Assembly: GCA_046483985.1 (NCBI GenBank)
Contig: JAWOCD010000057.1
Coordinates: 32,001 to 96,000, forward strand
From: Promethearchaeia archaeon
Lineage (GTDB): Archaea; Asgardarchaeota; Lokiarchaeia; Sigyniarchaeales; SOKP01
Direction of reading: 5' to 3'
DNA length: 64,000 nt
The position numbers and the translations under genes are program-made. Of the stretch, positions 59,765 to 64,000 are shown piece after piece (the first letter of the stretch is position 1; each line of letters starts with the position of its first letter). A model generated the notes under the pieces. The model was not told the DNA's origin. It saw nothing but the letters and a program-made list of their open reading frames with translations, and did not search any database.

Positions 59765-61290
59765 ATATTAGAGATAATCTTCCGAATGCTCGTAATTCTC
59801 TGGGAAATTTCGTCTAATTTATATTTCAACTCATCTCCCTTATTTTTAAACTCAAAATCGTCAACGGACCCTTTCTTATAGGATTTTTCTAATTCCTTAT
59901 AATTTTTTTCGAGAGAATATCGCCGACCTTCTAATGCAATTAATTCTTGGTACAAGGATTCTTTATCTTTAGGTAAATCCTCCTCGGAAAATGAAGCCTC
60001 CCTTTTTCTTGCCCCGGCTTGAGATTCATCGAATCCAAATATTGGTTTAGTTTTAATTTTTCCTCCTCCCGGAGCTTCCCCTCTTTTCCGTTTTCTGCCT
60101 CCTCTTTTTCGAGGAGGGGGGGCATTTTTAGATACTGGTTGCACGTTTTTCTCCGGATCTTTTTTACGTTTGGGTTTTTTTTTTGATCTGCCTACTGAGG
60201 AGAAAACATTAAAAAGATCATCACTTTTGGCTTGTTCTTCCTCTTCTGTATCGGAAACTTCTACTACTTTTACGGGTGAAATTTTAGGCTTTTTTTTCGC
60301 TCCTGGTGAGACCTTTGGTTTTTCAGTAGAAGCTGGCGAAATTTTGGGCTTTTCTTGAGTCACAGGGGATATCTTCTGTTTCTGTTGAGCTTCAGGTTTA
60401 GTTTTTGTTTTTTCGGTGGACCCAGGAGATACCTTCGGTTTCTGAGGAGATACAGGTGAAATTTTGGGCTTCTCCTTCACTTGTGGTGTAGTTTGCTCTT
60501 TCGGTTTTGGCTTCTCCTTCGGTTCCGGCTGCTTTTGCGGTTGTACTTTCACTTGTGGTGTAGTTTGCTCTTTCGGTTTTGGCTTCCCTTTCGGTTCCGG
60601 CTGCTTTTTAGATTCTTGTTTCTTTTCGGATTTTTTCTCCGGACCACCAATATGAGGTATTTTAATCTCTGGAGGGGGTAATTTCGACTTTTTTTTAGAT
60701 TTTTTCGCTTTTGGTTTCACTCTTTCGGATTTTTCTTCCTTTTTTGGCTCTTTTTTTGCTTTCGGCTCTTCTTGTAACTTTTTTTCCTTCTCTTTTAACT
60801 CTTCCTTTAAATTTTCGATTTTACTTTTTAATCCTTCAATTGTGCCTTTAAATTCTTCGGATACTTGGGCAACGATTTGATCTATGTCAATATTCTGGGC
60901 GATTTCACCCTTTTCGGAAACCTCAGCGGATTTAGCTGCTTCCTTTTCAAATGCTTCCTCAATTGCTTTTTCTTTCTCCTTTGTGGGTTTTGCTTCAGTT
61001 TGTTTCTTACCTTGAGCTAACTCTACAACACGTTCAATATTATCTGATAATCCTTCAACTTCATTAAACCATAACTCTAGTGTATCCCAATTTTCTAATT
61101 TATCCAAAGCTGTCTCTATAGGATTTTTAAGTTCGCTATTTTTATTGAATTTTTCTAGCTCTTTGAATTTTTTAATCAATTTTTCCCTTGCCTCGATCTC
61201 ATCATCAGGCGTAGGTTCTTCATCACGTAAAAAAATTAAAATCTCTTTTATCTCTTGTATCGTTGAATTAAATTTTTCTTCATTACTCAT
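59761..61290 (-). CDS. Coiled-coil/Pro-Lys-rich protein with C-terminal steadiness-box-like domain
   Basis: C-terminal LYQELIAL...LE....L...Y..G.VD...F helical hairpin; KPKISP repeats. Confidence 0.7.
   Translation of the reverse strand: MSNEEKFNSTIQEIKEILIFLRDEEPTPDDEIEAREKLIKKFKELEKFNKNSELKNPIETALDKLENWDTLELWFNEVEGLSDNIERVVELAQGKKQTEAKPTKEKEKAIEEAFEKEAAKSAEVSEKGEIAQNIDIDQIVAQVSEEFKGTIEGLKSKIENLKEELKEKEKKLQEEPKAKKEPKKEEKSERVKPKAKKSKKKSKLPPPEIKIPHIGGPEKKSEKKQESKKQPEPKGKPKPKEQTTPQVKVQPQKQPEPKEKPKPKEQTTPQVKEKPKISPVSPQKPKVSPGSTEKTKTKPEAQQKQKISPVTQEKPKISPASTEKPKVSPGAKKKPKISPVKVVEVSDTEEEEQAKSDDLFNVFSSVGRSKKKPKRKKDPEKNVQPVSKNAPPPRKRGGRKRKRGEAPGGGKIKTKPIFGFDESQAGARKREASFSEEDLPKDKESLYQELIALEGRRYSLEKNYKELEKSYKKGSVDDFEFKNKGDELKYKLDEISQRITSIRKIISNI
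60476..60608. repeat. Intragenic ~61-bp direct repeat (72-bp period)
   Basis: Encodes two copies of KQPEPKxKPKPKEQTTPQVK. Confidence 0.85.
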
Positions 61291-61462
61291 ATCAGATCAT
61301 TCAATAAACATTATCTTATGTATCTTATTTCTCTTAAGTTAATATTATAATTGTAGTAATATAATTTTATTTATTCTAAGATAATTATGACTAAAATGAC
61401 TGTTAGAGTCTGTTAATCTTTGTTAATAAAGAAAAAGATATTTTATTAGTTATTTTGAGAAA

Positions 61463-61852
61463 TTATACTCGACGACCGCGATGTCCACCTTTTCGGCGAC
61501 AATGATCGTGAGATTTTGGTGTGACTTCTTCAATTCTTCCTATTTGAAGGCCAGCACGTGCTAATGCTCTAATGCATGCTTGTGCTCCTGGACCCGGAGC
61601 TTGTGACTTATTCCCTCCTGGAGCCCTAACTTTAATATGAATTGAATTAATCCCGATTGATTTTAACGTATCTGCTACTCGGAAACCACATTGCATGGCT
61701 GCATATGGATTTGATTCTTCACGATCCGCTTTTACAACCATTCCACCACTACATTTAGCGAACGTCTCAGCGCCACTTAAATCTGTAGCAGTGACAATCG
61801 TGTTGTTGTAAGAACTCATAATGTGCACAATACTCCATTTCTGACTACTCAT
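61463..61852 (-). CDS. rps11: 30S ribosomal protein uS11
   Basis: [38 protein letters not shown]. Confidence 0.97.
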   Translation of the reverse strand: MSSQKWSIVHIMSSYNNTIVTATDLSGAETFAKCSGGMVVKADREESNPYAAMQCGFRVADTLKSIGINSIHIKVRAPGGNKSQAPGPGAQACIRALARAGLQIGRIEEVTPKSHDHCRRKGGHRGRRV

Positions 61853-61907
61853 TTTTAATCAACTCTTTTTCTGAAAGTATAATTTTTATTAAGAATATTA
61901 TGATAAT

Positions 61908-62399
61908 TTAAGACGTAACAAAGGGTGAATTAGGGGCAAAGGCAATAGATTCTTCCTCCGCTTTTTTGACTAAATAAGAGGGGGAATTAACTTTTTTTCC
62001 ACCTACTTGAACATGACCATGAACTACAAACTGACGGGCTTGATATACGGTTTTTGCTAACCCTTTTTCGTAGACTAGAGTTTGCAGACGTCGTTTCAAA
62101 ACATCTTCCACAGTTAAACGGAGCACATCTTCAAATTCTGCATCAGCACCTAAAATACCAAGCCGATTGAGTTTTTTAATTAGTGTTTGCTGTACATCTC
62201 TTGCTTGTTCTTCTGGTAATGCTCGTGAGGAGCGGGCTTGATCCCTCCATCTACCTAAAATACTACGCGTTTTCCAGAATTCTTTTTTATTACGCAAGCC
62301 ATATTTACCTATAAACTCTAATTCTTCATAAATTCTATTCTTATTAAAGGGTTGGTTCGGTTTCGCGTACTTTTTCTTTAGTTTTCGTGGGTCTCCCAT
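61908..62399 (-). CDS. rps4: 30S ribosomal protein uS4
   Basis: [29 protein letters not shown]. Confidence 0.97.
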   Translation of the reverse strand: MGDPRKLKKKYAKPNQPFNKNRIYEELEFIGKYGLRNKKEFWKTRSILGRWRDQARSSRALPEEQARDVQQTLIKKLNRLGILGADAEFEDVLRLTVEDVLKRRLQTLVYEKGLAKTVYQARQFVVHGHVQVGGKKVNSPSYLVKKAEEESIAFAPNSPFVTS

Positions 62400-62428
62400 A
62401 ATCTTATAACCTATTTATTAAATTTTAA

Positions 62429-62947
62429 TTATTCCTTTTCTTTTTTTTCTTTCTTTCTCTCTTTTTTCGCCTTTTCTCTCAACTTAGAACGTACAACACC
62501 GATGACAAGGCCCCCTCTTCCTGTACTCTTGGTGCGCTGTCCCCGGACTTTTAATCCTAACTCATGGCGAATCCCCTTATAACTTCTCATCTTTTTCATT
62601 CTTTCAATATCGCGCTTCACAGTTATTTCCAGTCTGTTTCCAATAATATGTTTGTCCTCACCATCTTTTAGATCCTTACGACGATTAACTAAGTAATAAG
62701 GAATTCCAGACTCGACAGGGTTTAAGATGATTTCTTCGATTTTCTTCAAATCTTTTTCGGGGATTACCCCAATCCGAGTTTGTGGATCAAGATTCATAAC
62801 ACGAAGAACTGCTTGCGAAAATCTTCTGCCAATTCCTTTAATTTTCGAGAGTCCGTATAATGCAGTATGATTTCCGTTAAGCCTGGTTCTTAACTTTCGA
62901 AGGAACACTTCTTGTCGATAATTTTGGGGCCTGATCGGTTGCGTCAT
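62429..62947 (-). CDS. rps13: 30S ribosomal protein uS13
   Basis: IKGIGRR, SYKGIRHELGLKVRGQRTKSTGR. Confidence 0.97.
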   Translation of the reverse strand: MTQPIRPQNYRQEVFLRKLRTRLNGNHTALYGLSKIKGIGRRFSQAVLRVMNLDPQTRIGVIPEKDLKKIEEIILNPVESGIPYYLVNRRKDLKDGEDKHIIGNRLEITVKRDIERMKKMRSYKGIRHELGLKVRGQRTKSTGRGGLVIGVVRSKLREKAKKERKKEKKEKE

Positions 62948-63149
62948 ATAAACACATTTAATAATATCTTAATTTTATAACTTTAAATGTTTAAAATGTA
63001 AAAATCAATATTAATTTTTTGGTTGTATTTGGGAAATTGGATAGATGACTTACTTCTTGTTCAATTCTTCTATGAAGAGCACTAAATTTTTTCAATTTTA
63101 GAAAAAAAGTATCAAATCACAAACCAAAAAGGTCATTGATAAAAGACAG

Positions 63150-64000
63150 TTAGTAAGATGGGGCACGTGCATTACTCTCATTCTTCTCGTTTATAGCTTT
63201 ACGACAGTCTTTACGCTTAAAACCTGCAATTTTTTTTAAGAGGGGTAATCCCGGTTTTACATGGTCTAATGGTTTAGATTCAATAAGATCATTTTCGAGT
63301 AAGGCATTATAGAGTTGCCTTCCCTTGGGAGTTCTAATTAATACAGCATTCCAACCCGATGGTGCGCCAATTGATCCAATTGAAATATCGGCTGATTCCG
63401 ATGTCAAATCAAAACAGACTTCACAATCTTCTCGAGCAAGGGCAGAGATCTCATTTATTGCGATCTTATGTTCTTCTCCATCTCGGGTGTACACGAAAAA
63501 TTTTCCCTTATTAATATCCGTTTTCGTCACATTATGCACATCAACATCGAGCTTCTCGCATATTTTCAAAAATCCCTCTTCGTAGGGAAATGATTCCATA
63601 CAAAAGATACCTATTCGATATATAACATTGTTTATTGTTGGGATACCAATATTATATAAGTTTGATTTAAGAAGAGCTTGCATTTGACAAGGAACACCTA
63701 TCGCTGCAATCCTCGCATCTTTTAGATTCTCTTTATTTAAAAGGGATAAGTTGGGATTATTAACGTATTTAGTCCCAGCCGCTGCGATGAGATCTTCTTC
63801 ATTTTGAAGGATCTTCGGTTCTGGGCACCATAATCTTTCACTCATGGTAGCACCGAGTGCATAATCGATTTTCTCATTGTTTAATAAATAATAAATGCTG
63901 GTTGTAGAAATTCCGCCATCTTGGCAAACCTCTTTAATCTTGTCTACTTTTGTTTGGGCACAGTATGCTTCCATGAAGGGGCCAATATTACCATAATCCT
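63150..64000 (-). CDS. F420 hydrogenase/dehydrogenase beta subunit (FrhB family); 5' end beyond the window
   Basis: QDGG, AAGTKY, GVPCQ, IGIFCME, C..C.D...ADISIG; frame open to the window edge. Confidence 0.9.
   Translation of the reverse strand, partial: DYGNIGPFMEAYCAQTKVDKIKEVCQDGGISTTSIYYLLNNEKIDYALGATMSERLWCPEPKILQNEEDLIAAAGTKYVNNPNLSLLNKENLKDARIAAIGVPCQMQALLKSNLYNIGIPTINNVIYRIGIFCMESFPYEEGFLKICEKLDVDVHNVTKTDINKGKFFVYTRDGEEHKIAINEISALAREDCEVCFDLTSESADISIGSIGAPSGWNAVLIRTPKGRQLYNALLENDLIESKPLDHVKPGLPLLKKIAGFKRKDCRKAINEKNESNARAPSY

Noticed and set aside
60250-60620. Repeats as a possible CRISPR array
   Set aside because: In-frame intragenic repeats encoding Pro/Lys-rich peptides; no constant repeat-spacer structure and no cas genes
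63105-63145. AUGA...GA hairpin downstream of the FrhB-like gene as a SECIS element
   Set aside because: Upper helix too short, no apical AA motif, and no in-frame UGA in the visible part of the gene
1871-63585. Many short antisense or alternate-frame ORFs in the track (e.g. 10684..11112, 17315..17701, 33645..34073)
   Set aside because: Shadows of well-supported genes on the opposite strand or frame

Overview
AT-rich archaeal chromosomal segment. Gene content points to an Asgard archaeon, most likely Lokiarchaeia (inference): archaeal ribosomal proteins, tRNA-splicing endonuclease, archaemetzincin, A/V-ATPase and several eukaryotic-signature-like proteins. It contains a complete nine-gene A/V-type ATPase operon in unusual order, whose A subunit has Ile in place of the catalytic Glu (CGIRGNE instead of CGERGNE). 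It also has a 2-hydroxyacyl-CoA dehydratase/activator operon, alpha-glucan enzymes, glmS, an alkyl-DHAP-synthase-like/Fe-S/GK5-like kinase operon, purC-purSQL-purF, an ABC exporter, a TPR protein, two unlisted CdrS-like RHH genes, nadE, a steadiness-box-like protein and rps13-rps4-rps11. A VIT1/CCC1-like gene is split by a 29-nt hairpin insertion whose exact removal restores the protein. This is a candidate bulge-helix-bulge-type mRNA intron, and the window encodes an EndA with a broad-specificity-type loop. Several IS200/IS605 (TnpB) relics are present, including a ~228-bp non-autonomous element that retains an omegaRNA-like right end. A structured ncRNA candidate lies in the glmS intergenic region. 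No rRNA, tRNA or CRISPR array was recognised.
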